This document shows, in pieces, positions 10,065 through 19,861 of a stretch of DNA of 64,000 nt. Every line of letters begins with the position of its first letter. The stretch's first letter is position 1. This DNA comes from Phycisphaera mikurensis NBRC 102666 (GTDB taxonomy: Bacteria; Planctomycetota; Phycisphaerae; Phycisphaerales; UBA1924), in NCBI GenBank assembly GCA_943369765.1, contig CALROI020000006.1:89228-153227 (forward strand), written 5' to 3'. The translations under genes were made by a program, and so were the position numbers. The notes under the pieces are model-generated. The model searched no databases, was not told the origin of the DNA, and saw only the letters and a program-made list of their open reading frames with translations.

Positions 10065-11378
10065 TCACTCTCCACCCACAGGAGGGTTGACTCCATGTTG
10101 CACCATCGGTGCATGCATCGCATCATCTCGTTCGATCCGCGTAGCCAGCTCTGGGCAAATCTCTCTAAGCAGGGCGTGGTTTTGATGCAGTACATCGGCA
10201 TACGGCGCGTACGCCACTCTCTGAAAAAAGTTCATTTCCTTGAGTTTTTCTATGCCCATGTTCAGAAGTCGCCCCAATCGCCCACCTTCGCGGGGATGAA
10301 GCGCAAAGCACAGACCAAAGCTTGGCATTGGAGTATTGGACATCGCGGGAAGTCGACCGGCTTGCTTGCCAAAGTCACGCTTCGCGTCCAGATACGTGAG
10401 CGTATCCGAGACAAAGCACTTGATTCGCTCTGGGCTTCCCGCGTCGTCCAGTGCTTCGGAGTAGCATTGATGAAGATCTCCCGACACGGCTGTTGCACCA
10501 ATTGCATTCTCACCGGTGTCAAGCACGGATTCTGGAATAAGGCTTGCATACAACGATTGCCCGATTAGAGTTTGAGTGTGCGTAAATGCCAACATTTCGC
10601 GCCGCAGTCGTTTGGCCCGCGCGGTACCGCCGCCTCGTCCGCTCGTTTCGACGACTGTGTGTTTTACACTTTCAGCACGCACAATTCCGATCGGAGCCAC
10701 ACGAACAAACGGCAAAGGGTCTGAAAGCCAAAGCTCACACGCGATGCTCTCGACCCCGATGTACTCACAACAGAGTAGGTCAATCTCCCCTGTGAGCAGC
10801 TTCGGCACGATCTTTTCCAGCTCTATGGGAATCCAATCCAGCTGAGCTGCAAGGAGTGAAGCGATGCGATCTGTCACCGTGCGAGCAATTCCCTCAGGCT
10901 TCGTGGCATTGCCGTATGCCAGCGGCCGTTTGTCATACCAGCCAACCTTGAGACGCCGAGAAGCCGGACTACCGGCAATGCGCTCCCAGGCCACCCCAGA
11001 ATCTTCGCGCTGGAAGTCGTAGCCTGCTGCTGCGAGAAGCTCCGACAAGATCGAGTACAGATCGCGCGGGCCGTGATATGGCATGCCCATTTTGGCGTGC
11101 TCCGCTGCGACACGTGGTGATGGCCGACCTCTTCGTTTCTGTTGCGGCCGCTCTCCATCTGTGCCACGTGGGGCATGGGCATATGCCGTTGCTAGGACGT
11201 GGGCTATGTGACCGATCACCGCTCGGCTCAGGCGATGGTCTCTACCGCTCAACCAACCAGAGACTTGGGCTTCTGAAAAGCCCGTCCTACTCGCCAACTC
11301 GTTCTGCTTTAGTTCGGACGCGCTCAAGTGCTGAGCCAGCAAGAGCGAGAAACGGGACGGCATGGGTTCATTGGCCAT
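10065..11378 (-). CDS. XRE-type HTH regulator fused to a solute-binding-protein-like domain; mirror copy of 43539..44852
   Basis: Identical translation. Confidence 0.75.
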   Translation of the reverse strand: MANEPMPSRFSLLLAQHLSASELKQNELASRTGFSEAQVSGWLSGRDHRLSRAVIGHIAHVLATAYAHAPRGTDGERPQQKRRGRPSPRVAAEHAKMGMPYHGPRDLYSILSELLAAAGYDFQREDSGVAWERIAGSPASRRLKVGWYDKRPLAYGNATKPEGIARTVTDRIASLLAAQLDWIPIELEKIVPKLLTGEIDLLCCEYIGVESIACELWLSDPLPFVRVAPIGIVRAESVKHTVVETSGRGGGTARAKRLRREMLAFTHTQTLIGQSLYASLIPESVLDTGENAIGATAVSGDLHQCYSEALDDAGSPERIKCFVSDTLTYLDAKRDFGKQAGRLPAMSNTPMPSFGLCFALHPREGGRLGRLLNMGIEKLKEMNFFQRVAYAPYADVLHQNHALLREICPELATRIERDDAMHAPMVQHGVNPPVGGE

Positions 11379-11452
11379 TCGCGATTGTTCGCCCAGATCT
11401 TGACAATGTCCGATTCTTCATCCCTCACTCGCCACTTTCTTGTCGGAACGCT

Positions 11453-11483
11453 AACAGTGAAGAAACACGCTTTCTTCACTGTT
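11453..11483. promoter_or_regulatory. Perfect 13-bp inverted repeat, operator-like (mirror of 43434..43464)
   Basis: AACAGTGAAGAAA-5 nt-TTTCTTCACTGTT. Confidence 0.5.
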
Positions 11484-11542
11484 CTGGTAAGATTTCCGAG
11501 TTGCAGCCACACGCACTTTGCTCTCGAAACGAGGAGGTCCCT

Positions 11543-12022
11543 ATGTCGGACATCGACGAAGACTCAGAGTCTGGAGTAGATCTCACTTCTGGAGACGACC
11601 AGAAGCCCCCAAGGATCAAGCTACAGGCGATCGGCCTGAGGGTTCTTTGGATCAGTGTCAGCGTCTTCATCGGCTTGATTGGCGGCGGTCTCTTTAAGAC
11701 GTCTGGCAGCTGGTTCGCCGCACGGCCTGTACCGCCAGAAGTGCGAGGACGGTGCTTTGCGAACAGTCTCTCCCAAATCATGCTGAGCAGCGGTGGCCAG
11801 GAGGCGATGCTCACCCACAACGGGGAGAGTTGGCGTGTGGAATCCATCAAACTCAATCAGCGATCGCAGCTGGAAGGAAAGCTGGTCTGCTGCTCGAACG
11901 GCCAACAGGTCGGTGTCGCGAACTTGGAGTTTGTGGACAACGACAAAGTTGAAGTTCGAGTCATGTTTCAGGATTCCAGACCGAACACGATGGTCGTTCA
12001 ACGACTCACGATCATGAAGTAG
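11543..12022 (+). CDS. Small membrane-anchored hypothetical protein; mirror copy of 42895..43374
   Basis: Identical translation; GAGGAGG RBS 5 nt before ATG 11543. Confidence 0.65.
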   Translation: MSDIDEDSESGVDLTSGDDQKPPRIKLQAIGLRVLWISVSVFIGLIGGGLFKTSGSWFAARPVPPEVRGRCFANSLSQIMLSSGGQEAMLTHNGESWRVESIKLNQRSQLEGKLVCCSNGQQVGVANLEFVDNDKVEVRVMFQDSRPNTMVVQRLTIMK

Positions 12023-12024
12023 CC

Positions 12025-12516
12025 CTAACGGGTGAGGTGCCGTTGCGACCGCTGCTGCCACGCCTTTCTTGCGCCGATAGGCCGGTCGTTTGGTATCACC
12101 GCCACCTCAGGCAGCACGAAGCGGGCCAAAGTGATTCTTCGTCGATTGGGGCCGTCTGGGTTGTCGCACACGAGTCTGACCTTACCGCGGTTGTGTTCCA
12201 CTCTGTCGACACCCAATCGACAAGGGACGCCCGTCGAAGGACACTGGATGCCTAACCCCAGTTCATCAAGTAAAGCGTTGACAGCTGCGACGCGATTGCG
12301 CAGTACCGCCACATCGAGACGGGAGCTTCCGTCAAGCAGCGAATTGATGGCCGGTGCGATGGAGACACCCAACGCGGCACGCCATCGCTGATGCGTTTCT
12401 CGTAGTGCTTCCGCGCAAGCCACCGGATCCCGTTGGACTTTACACACCCTGATTAGCACATCCCTGAAGTACTCAGTATTGTGACGCACGTGCTCCGTTT
12501 GATCGCTTTGTGGCAC
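12025..12516 (-). CDS. Hypothetical protein (163 aa, GTG start); mirror copy of 42401..42892
   Basis: Identical translation. Confidence 0.5.
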   Translation of the reverse strand: MPQSDQTEHVRHNTEYFRDVLIRVCKVQRDPVACAEALRETHQRWRAALGVSIAPAINSLLDGSSRLDVAVLRNRVAAVNALLDELGLGIQCPSTGVPCRLGVDRVEHNRGKVRLVCDNPDGPNRRRITLARFVLPEVAVIPNDRPIGARKAWQQRSQRHLTR

Positions 12517-12621
12517 AACGATCCCCCCCTACAGAGATGCGTCATAACACAGGAGAGATGCCTCGACAAGTGCGTTCTGGTAGGCGAGAAGCCTCGACTG
12601 CGGCAATCTGCACTGTCAGAC

Positions 12622-13548
12622 TTAGGACGCCACGATCACGGTAGGTTTCTGTTGCCGATGAACGAGCAGCGTTAGGATGTCGTGCGTGTTGTTGAAGCAC
12701 TCGGCATGAAACTCGTGACGGTCTCCGTTACTGTCAGCAAGATCGATCGTCTCGGCGCCGAGCAAACCGCCGCCGCGCCGGGTGACCACCTTTGCCAACT
12801 TTCGGAACACGACCTCGGGATCAAGCGACGCGAACTGCTTGATGTAGGACGGCGAGCAGAACATGCGCCGGATACGTGGGCTACCCATTGAGTCCGCGGG
12901 ATCCCACGGATGAGTACTGAGCATGCCCATGACGGGCTGATCGGAATTCTCCGTGGCTCGCCACAAGGTCGCCGTCACGCTGTTGCCGTAGATTCTGGCC
13001 AAGTACTTGATGCGATCGATCGACAGCGGCGCACTGCGGCTCTCATCGATGAAGCGCTTTCCCAGAAACAGCATCCTGCCGGCCCCATAGTTGGCCTCGG
13101 CTTCAATGGCGGCATGGCAGCCAACGGCGAGCGTGCGTTCCTGATCTCCGTGGGCATAAGGCGCATGCCAGTCCAGAATGGCGTGGGTGAGCTCGTGTCC
13201 CTCCCCCCACCGCTGCTTGGGCGACGGCAAGCTTTGGTCGATCAGAATCTGTTGACGATCAGGCACAAAGAGTGCTCGCAGACTCAGCTTCCTGACAACC
13301 TGCAACAAGAGCCGCGGCTCCTGCACGAGATTTCTTCCCGCAAGCCGAATCGTGTGGATCTTGCCTTCGAGCCAAGTTGGATCTTCAAGCGTGTAGTATC
13401 GCAGATCGAACTTGAGCAGCGCACGCACATGGGCCAGATTGAGAGGTGGCTCTGGTTGACCCACGTCTGCAAGCAGACGGTCAATTCGCCGATCGATATC
13501 ATGGCGTGTGGATAAGGGTAGGCTGACTTCGATCACGCGAGACACCAC
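12622..13548 (-). CDS. ImmA/IrrE-family zinc metallopeptidase (COG2856-like); mirror copy of 41369..42295
   Basis: Identical translation; HEXXH motif (GHELTHAIL). Confidence 0.7.
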   Translation of the reverse strand: MVSRVIEVSLPLSTRHDIDRRIDRLLADVGQPEPPLNLAHVRALLKFDLRYYTLEDPTWLEGKIHTIRLAGRNLVQEPRLLLQVVRKLSLRALFVPDRQQILIDQSLPSPKQRWGEGHELTHAILDWHAPYAHGDQERTLAVGCHAAIEAEANYGAGRMLFLGKRFIDESRSAPLSIDRIKYLARIYGNSVTATLWRATENSDQPVMGMLSTHPWDPADSMGSPRIRRMFCSPSYIKQFASLDPEVVFRKLAKVVTRRGGGLLGAETIDLADSNGDRHEFHAECFNNTHDILTLLVHRQQKPTVIVAS

Positions 13549-13562
13549 CTTTCGGTGATATT

Positions 13563-14051
13563 CTATCGCTGCTCGGACGTCAGAATTCGAAGCAATGCCT
13601 GTAAGGCATCTTCTTCCTCGCGCGTGAGCTTTGCCATGGACTCCGACTGCGCGGCGAAACGAACAGCGGCACTTCCCACCTGGGGGTCTCTGGTGCTTGA
13701 AAGTCCAGCGAGATCCATGAGTTTTCCGACGGGAACGCCTGTGACGCCTGCAAGCTGAAAGATAGTCCGGGGCTCGGCGGGTCTGGTGGAGCCCATTTCC
13801 AGCACGAGCAATTCCACAATGTCCACGCGTGCTTCGATGGAAAACCGTTCGACCGTCCATCCCTTGCTTCGACGCCACAGTTCGATGAACCGAGCAAACG
13901 CCGCGCCCTGCATGTCGCTTGCAGGACGGCCGCCTTTCCACCATCCACAATCGACGACAAAGCCGCCGGTTGCCACCGTGCCGCATGCTTCTTCCAAGAG
14001 CCCGAGCTCTCTCAGAAAGGAATTCTGCTCATCGTTTGGCTGCAGCGTCAT
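13563..14051 (-). CDS. XRE-family HTH protein; mirror copy of 40866..41354
   Basis: Identical translation. Confidence 0.7.
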   Translation of the reverse strand: MTLQPNDEQNSFLRELGLLEEACGTVATGGFVVDCGWWKGGRPASDMQGAAFARFIELWRRSKGWTVERFSIEARVDIVELLVLEMGSTRPAEPRTIFQLAGVTGVPVGKLMDLAGLSSTRDPQVGSAAVRFAAQSESMAKLTREEEDALQALLRILTSEQR

Positions 14052-14689
14052 GTCCAACCTCCTTGGCTCAATACCTCCTGGGCTTTGGCCCCAGACACCT
14101 CGAAATACACCAGCCCCTGCTTTGTCGAATCCGGACCCAGACTGGTAAATCCCATCCCCTCGTAGAATCTTTCCGACTGCGGCAGAGCATGAAGACCCAC
14201 GCGCCCTTCAAACTCCTCGTTCCGCGAGCGTGCCATCGCTGCCAACACCAGTGTGGTTCCGATTCGCTTGACGGACGAACGCTGATTCAACTGCGGAATG
14301 GGCCAGTTGCTCGGTGCCGATTCCACATAGTCCACATAGACAAGCGGGCGACCTCGATGCGGTTCCAGCCTCGCTCGGTCGAACCGAGGGTCAAGACGCA
14401 GCAGCATCGCCCCAAGCCACCGCTCGCCGGCCCGAATTCCGTAAATGGCGCGACTCAGTTGAGGCTCGGCCAGAATCTTCCGACTCCAGTCCCAATGCAG
14501 ACTCTGCGGCCACACTTCGCGTGGAATCTCGCGCTCAAGCATGGCGCGCATGATCGCGGCCCGCTCTCGATGCCAGGTTTCGTCCATGCCGATCAACTCA
14601 AGATTCGACACTTCCGCGAGCACGTCACACGGGAGGTGTGTGCTTCCATCTCGTTGTGGAAGCTGCACGGCTCGAACCCTGTGGCTCAT
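14048..14689 (-). CDS. GNAT-family acetyltransferase, toxin-like; mirror copy of 40228..40869
   Basis: Identical translation. Confidence 0.7.
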   Translation of the reverse strand: MSHRVRAVQLPQRDGSTHLPCDVLAEVSNLELIGMDETWHRERAAIMRAMLEREIPREVWPQSLHWDWSRKILAEPQLSRAIYGIRAGERWLGAMLLRLDPRFDRARLEPHRGRPLVYVDYVESAPSNWPIPQLNQRSSVKRIGTTLVLAAMARSRNEEFEGRVGLHALPQSERFYEGMGFTSLGPDSTKQGLVYFEVSGAKAQEVLSQGGWT

Positions 14690-14913
14690 AGCACCACGAC
14701 CTCAGCCTTTTTCTGCTGGCGCTCGTCTTCCAAAAAGAGCCGCTCTCCGGCTGCCAGCCGAGTGTCGACCACTTGGTAGAGCCGAAGGGCTTGGCGAATG
14801 AGGGCGGTCTTGGAAAGCCCTTTGTGCGTCGACAGCGCGTCCAAAACGCCCATCTCAGCGTCCGACAACGACAGGGTCATTTGGCGTTTGTCAGGTAGTC
14901 CGTGGTCATTCAT
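14686..14913 (-). CDS. Ribbon-helix-helix (CopG/Arc-like) antitoxin-like protein; mirror copy of 40004..40231
   Basis: Identical translation. Confidence 0.7.
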   Translation of the reverse strand: MNDHGLPDKRQMTLSLSDAEMGVLDALSTHKGLSKTALIRQALRLYQVVDTRLAAGERLFLEDERQQKKAEVVVL

Positions 14914-14933
14914 TTTTGCACCTCTCACCACTG

Positions 14934-14962
14934 ACTATACGCGATTTCCACGGGAAATGCAA
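14934..14962 (-). promoter_or_regulatory. Sigma70-like promoter with embedded operator palindrome (mirror of 39955..39983)
   Basis: Mirror of TTGCAT-17 nt-TATAGT containing ATTTCC-CGT-GGAAAT. Confidence 0.45.
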
Positions 14963-15098
14963 GGCCTACGGATGTTTTTTGTTTGTTCTTTGTTGACTTT
15001 CTGGCCATTGAATCTACGCTTTCAGTACATCGCCCGAGAACTTGGACTGTCTGGAAGGACCAGCGGCAAGCTCGAAAGCGACACGAAAGGACCTGACC

Positions 15099-15806
15099 AT
15101 GACGATTCCGCCTTCTGCTCCCGGTGAACCGATCGATCTCGAAGTGTGGTCGCAGCGAAACGAACGCCCGCCCGGTGGGCGCCGCTACCGCATCCGGGTA
15201 GACCGCGAGTACTACGTGGTTGACGTGGGGGCCATGACCGCCGAGGCGATCTTGAACCTCGCGGGCAAATCTTCGACCTCGCATCGCTTGTACCAAAAGC
15301 ACCGCGGCCAAGAACCCCAGTTGCTCAATCCCACGACCTTGGTCGACTTTACGGCTCCTGGGATCGAGCGCTTTCAGACGATTCCCATCGATCCCACCGA
15401 TGGACTTGAGCTTCGCCGCGACTTCAACCTGCTTCCTGAGGACGCTCAAGCACTGAAAGAACGCGGCTTGGCGTACGAAACCGTGATCCAGGGCGGGGAG
15501 CACTGGGTGATCATGCACAGTTACGCGCTGCCCAACGGCTACAACGAGACAAAGGTCAACGCAGCCCTCCTGCTCCCGACCACCTATCCAGACGCCCAGA
15601 TCGACATGGTATTCTTCAACCCGCCCGTCGCACGCGTCGACGGCAAACCCATCCACGCGGCCACCGAGCGAGCGCTGGATTCCCGAGCCTTTCAGCAGTG
15701 GTCACGCCACCGAACACCCGCCAATCCTTGGCGTGTGGGCATCGATAACCTCGGTACGCACCTTCTCATGGTGGATCACTGGCTTGAGAAGGAGCTGTCG
15801 CGATGA
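15099..15806 (+). CDS. Multi-ubiquitin (beta-grasp) domain fused to a Prok-E2_E-like UBC-fold domain; mirror copy of 39111..39818
   Basis: Identical translation; GAAAGGA RBS before ATG 15099. Confidence 0.75.
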   Translation: MTIPPSAPGEPIDLEVWSQRNERPPGGRRYRIRVDREYYVVDVGAMTAEAILNLAGKSSTSHRLYQKHRGQEPQLLNPTTLVDFTAPGIERFQTIPIDPTDGLELRRDFNLLPEDAQALKERGLAYETVIQGGEHWVIMHSYALPNGYNETKVNAALLLPTTYPDAQIDMVFFNPPVARVDGKPIHAATERALDSRAFQQWSRHRTPANPWRVGIDNLGTHLLMVDHWLEKELSR

Positions 15807-17188
15807 TGCGTGTCCACCTTCGCTTGAGCGGACGCCATCATGAAGAACTCAAAGCGCACCTCTTTCCCGGCGACGGGCAGGAGGCTGCTTCATTCGCCCT
15901 GTGCGGGCGACGGCATGGCGATCCTCATGTTCTGTGCGTCCACGAGGTGATCCCAATCCCTCATGCGCGATGCGAGCGATCGGATCAGCACATCACCTGG
16001 CCAAGTGACGTGCTCCCACCGATCCTGTCCAGAGCCAGCCGTGAGGGAATGGCTCTGCTCAAGATCCACTCTCACCCGACAGGCTACCGACAGTTTTCTC
16101 GCGTTGATGACGTGTCTGATCGTGCTGTTTTTTCCTCGGTCTACGGCTGGATTGATAGCGACGAACCACACGCTTCGGCCGTCATGCTTCCTGACGGTTC
16201 GCTGTTCGCTCGCACGATCGACCCGGACGGGCGGTTCTCAGATGTCGCCTTGATCACGATTGCCGGTGATGACATTCTCGCATGGGGGCCAAGCCTGCCG
16301 TCACTTGGGTCCGCCCCAGCCGACCAGCGGCAGGTGTTCGGACCAGGCACGACCGAGCGGCTGCAGCGATTGTCCATTGCCGTTCTCGGATGCTCAGGTA
16401 CCGGCAGCCCCACCATTGAGATGCTGATGCGGTTGGGTGTTGGCCACCTTGTTCTTGTGGACCCTGACACGATCGAAGACCGGAATCTGAATCGAATCTA
16501 CGGCTCGACACGTGCAGACGTGGGACGGCCCAAAGTCGATGTCTTGGCCGATCGAATCCGGTCAACGGGCCTAGGCACACGCGTGACACCGGTTCGGCAG
16601 CTGATCCATGAACCCAACGCGCTGCACGCTGTTTCTGGTGCTGATGTCGTCTTCGGATGCATGGATTCCGCCGAAGGCCGACACCTCTTGTCACGGCTTG
16701 CCACCCACTACCTCCTCCCGTACATCGACATGGGTGTGCGTTTGGAGGCGGATGGCAAAGGCGGCATCTCTCAAGATGGAATGGGAATCCACTATGTGCA
16801 GCCAGGACGATCAAGCCTCCTTAGCCGAGGCGTATACACCATGGAGCACGTGCGAGCCGAATCACTGCGCCGCACAAATCGAACAGCGTACGAAGAGCAG
16901 CGCCGCAACAAGTACATCGCGAACGTGGACGTGACGAGCCCTGCCGTCATCAGCCTCAACACCCTGGCGGCGACCACCGCTGTTAACGAGTTCTTGTGCC
17001 GACTTCATCCAGGCCTTCGTCTGGATCCCAACCACGCGTTTGCGGTGACGCGGCTCAGCCTTGTGAATGCGCAGGCCTCTCACGAAGCTGAACCCGAGCA
17101 GGCGTGTGCGGTCATGGCGAAGCACGTGGGCCGCGCTGATACAAATCCACCACTCGGACTTCCAGCCCTTGGAGGACCGACCAAATGA
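15803..17188 (+). CDS. JAB/JAMM peptidase fused to a ThiF/E1-like adenylyltransferase; mirror copy of 37729..39114
   Basis: Identical translation; ATGA overlap with the upstream gene. Confidence 0.85.
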   Translation: MMRVHLRLSGRHHEELKAHLFPGDGQEAASFALCGRRHGDPHVLCVHEVIPIPHARCERSDQHITWPSDVLPPILSRASREGMALLKIHSHPTGYRQFSRVDDVSDRAVFSSVYGWIDSDEPHASAVMLPDGSLFARTIDPDGRFSDVALITIAGDDILAWGPSLPSLGSAPADQRQVFGPGTTERLQRLSIAVLGCSGTGSPTIEMLMRLGVGHLVLVDPDTIEDRNLNRIYGSTRADVGRPKVDVLADRIRSTGLGTRVTPVRQLIHEPNALHAVSGADVVFGCMDSAEGRHLLSRLATHYLLPYIDMGVRLEADGKGGISQDGMGIHYVQPGRSSLLSRGVYTMEHVRAESLRRTNRTAYEEQRRNKYIANVDVTSPAVISLNTLAATTAVNEFLCRLHPGLRLDPNHAFAVTRLSLVNAQASHEAEPEQACAVMAKHVGRADTNPPLGLPALGGPTK

Positions 17189-17595
17189 TCTTCCTGCTGC
17201 GTCGAGCGGTGTCCACGATCGCACGATGGCTTGGATCGCTCTTCGCATCCCCGAGCCTTCAACCCACCAGCACGGAGGTCCACTCCTCCGATTACTTCCG
17301 AGTCGTGCTCGCGAGCGACCTGCCCGTCTCGCTTGACACGCTCACGCTGTACGTCGTTGGAGAACAAGGCAGTTTTTGGTTCGCGTCACTGCTTTGTCCA
17401 TGTGGTTGTGGCGACACGATCACCGTCACGTTGCTGAAAGCGGACCGGCCACACTGGACTCTGAGTAAGGCGAACAACCGCCCAACCCTCGTGCCCTCCA
17501 TCTGGCGCCGCAAAGGGTGCGGATCGCACTTCTTCCTCCGCGGTGGCAGGATCATCTGGTGCGACGAACGGTTCGCACCTCCTGATTCCGAATGA
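17185..17595 (+). CDS. DUF6527-like Cys-rich small protein; mirror copy of 37322..37732
   Basis: Identical translation; ATGA overlap with the E1 gene. Confidence 0.7.
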   Translation: MIFLLRRAVSTIARWLGSLFASPSLQPTSTEVHSSDYFRVVLASDLPVSLDTLTLYVVGEQGSFWFASLLCPCGCGDTITVTLLKADRPHWTLSKANNRPTLVPSIWRRKGCGSHFFLRGGRIIWCDERFAPPDSE

Positions 17596-17911
17596 ACGAG
17601 CCATGTCGGCTCGCACGAACGAACGTGCTGAACTCCCTTCCTTTTCAATGTGGATGAGGTTGGACGAGACGGATCGGTGGGGTGCTGTCCACCGATCGCG
17701 CCGCATCCCGTCGATTGACGCATGGCATTCCCCTTTACCGTGGGAAACGCGATCCGGAGGCGCTCACCCAGCCAGACTGCGAACGCAAGGATTTCGCGGT
17801 CGCTCCGGCACCGAGCGCACGATGGCACTTTTTCGCGCAGGCGCGACGCTGCTTTTCGGTAGATGGGGTGGAGGTCGTCACCGTCACTGTCGTTGCCGCA
17901 GGAGATCCCTG

Positions 17912-19519
17912 ATGAAATTGCCCGTTGTTCTGTGTGTGATTCTGATGGATCTTCTGTGCCTTTCGAGGGTGATGGGCCAGACGTTTGTGATCGACAGCCT
18001 GACACGATCCCCGAGCTCGGTCACGAGCGGAGGATTAGTGGAGGTCACGGTTCGCGTTCGCAACACCGGTCCTGGCAGCGGTCAGCTCCGCTCGGTTCGG
18101 GTAATTGCTGCCCCGGTACCTCCGCCACTTTCCGCGGTTCCAACGACGAGGACGTTTAACCCGCCCGTCACCCTTGCGGCAAACCAGATCCGCGATGTCG
18201 TTCTCATGGTCGCGATGCCTGTCTTGAACAACTGCGTGACCACGTGGTCGTTTGGCTTTGATGTCACCGTCGATGCCGGCAGCGGCACCTTTACCCGGAG
18301 TTTCACGGGAGCTGGCAACAACGTGACCGTGACGCCGTTCTGCCCGGATCTCACCGCACCCGTGCCAACGGGATGGGACCGTGAAGTCGTCGTCTCGAAC
18401 ACCTTTGATGCCACGCGAACAACGGGTGTCGTTCAGCTAACTCTGCCGATCTATGTGAGCGCGTATGTGCGCAACCTGGGCGGCCCAACGCCCGCTGGCG
18501 TGCCGTGCACATTGCTGGTACGGCGGACCTCTGACCGCGTGGTCGTCTACACGACGAGCCAGATCCTTCCGCCAATGGCGAGCCAAGAGACGAATACGTC
18601 GTTCCGAAACACCATCGTGCCGCCTGCATCGTTACGCGCGTGCGATAACTACGAGGCGTTGATTCTGATTGATCCGGACAACATCGTTCTGGAGTCCAAC
18701 AACGGCAACAACCAGTACTCAAGTCCTTCCGTGTTCGTCAACAGCCCGCAGTCGATTCAGTCTCAGCCGACCAGTCAGAGTGCCTGTGCGGGATCGAGCG
18801 TTTCGTTTCGGGTGACCGTCAACAGCGGTGGCGCTGAAGTCTTCTTCCGGTGGAAGAAGAATGGCGTCGTGATCCCCATCAGCGGTCCAGGTGGCAATCC
18901 TTCGGCGGCGACAAACACACTTGTGCTGACCAACATCCAGCCCCTTGATGGGGGGTCGTATTCGTGTGCGATCTCAAATGCGTGCGAAGCGCTCACGAGC
19001 CAGTCGGCGATTCTGTCGGTCCTGACGACCGCCCCCATTCAACAGCAGCCGCAAGACGATTCGGCGTGCCCAGGATCGCCTGCCGTGTTTTCTGTACTTG
19101 CGTCGGGGCCAGGGCCGTTGTCGTACCAGTGGCAATGGCGGATCGGCCCGTCGGCCGACTGGATCAACGTGCGAGAGGGCCTCAACACCGATCCGCAGGG
19201 CGGCACAGTTGCCTTCGTCGCCAGCACTGTCCGCACGTCATCGGTGACCATCGACCCGAGCCGGAGTGTCGGTACCTTTGCACGCTGGGAGCATCGGTGC
19301 GTCGTGACAAACGGGTGTGGAGATGCCTCCACGAGGGCAGCGGCTCTCACCGTCTGTGCGGCGGACACGAACTGCGATGGGTTTCTGGACTTCTTCGACT
19401 ACAACGCCTTTGTCCTTGCCTTTGAAGCCGGAGGGCTTGAAGCTGATTTCAACGGCGACGGGTTTCTCGACTTCTTCGACTACGACAGCTTTGTCACGGC
19501 GTTTGAGGCGGGGTGCTGA
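17912..19519 (+). CDS. Secreted Ig-like repeat protein with C-terminal GC-type dockerin-like tail; mirror copy of 35398..37005
   Basis: Identical translation; GGAG before ATG 17912. Confidence 0.75.
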   Translation: MKLPVVLCVILMDLLCLSRVMGQTFVIDSLTRSPSSVTSGGLVEVTVRVRNTGPGSGQLRSVRVIAAPVPPPLSAVPTTRTFNPPVTLAANQIRDVVLMVAMPVLNNCVTTWSFGFDVTVDAGSGTFTRSFTGAGNNVTVTPFCPDLTAPVPTGWDREVVVSNTFDATRTTGVVQLTLPIYVSAYVRNLGGPTPAGVPCTLLVRRTSDRVVVYTTSQILPPMASQETNTSFRNTIVPPASLRACDNYEALILIDPDNIVLESNNGNNQYSSPSVFVNSPQSIQSQPTSQSACAGSSVSFRVTVNSGGAEVFFRWKKNGVVIPISGPGGNPSAATNTLVLTNIQPLDGGSYSCAISNACEALTSQSAILSVLTTAPIQQQPQDDSACPGSPAVFSVLASGPGPLSYQWQWRIGPSADWINVREGLNTDPQGGTVAFVASTVRTSSVTIDPSRSVGTFARWEHRCVVTNGCGDASTRAAALTVCAADTNCDGFLDFFDYNAFVLAFEAGGLEADFNGDGFLDFFDYDSFVTAFEAGC

Positions 19520-19711
19520 GTATCCCTGCCCGCCTCACGCAGAGGACGCCCGCTTCGGCTGGAACTGGTCCGGCAAACACCCCCTGGAAACCATTGGGTG
19601 TGAAGTGGCCGCAGCTTGGCGTTCGGAACGTGGGAGGGCCTATCGAGGAACTCTGCGGATCGCACCGCTGATTGAGGCAGCTTCATGATGGGCGCCATAC
19701 GCGAATGTGCC

Positions 19712-19733
19712 TTTGACACATTTATGTGTCAAA
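19712..19733. promoter_or_regulatory. 10-bp perfect inverted repeat, operator-like (mirror of 35184..35205)
   Basis: TTTGACACAT-2 nt-ATGTGTCAAA. Confidence 0.4.
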
Positions 19734-19861
19734 TGCGCGCACCAGACCATCGCGTTTGCGGTCGATGGGGACGCTGTTCTCGTGGACGGCCGGATATCGT
19801 CACGCGCCAACGACAAACCAGCCCGCAAGGCATCAACGTTCGCATCACTCAAGGACCCTCC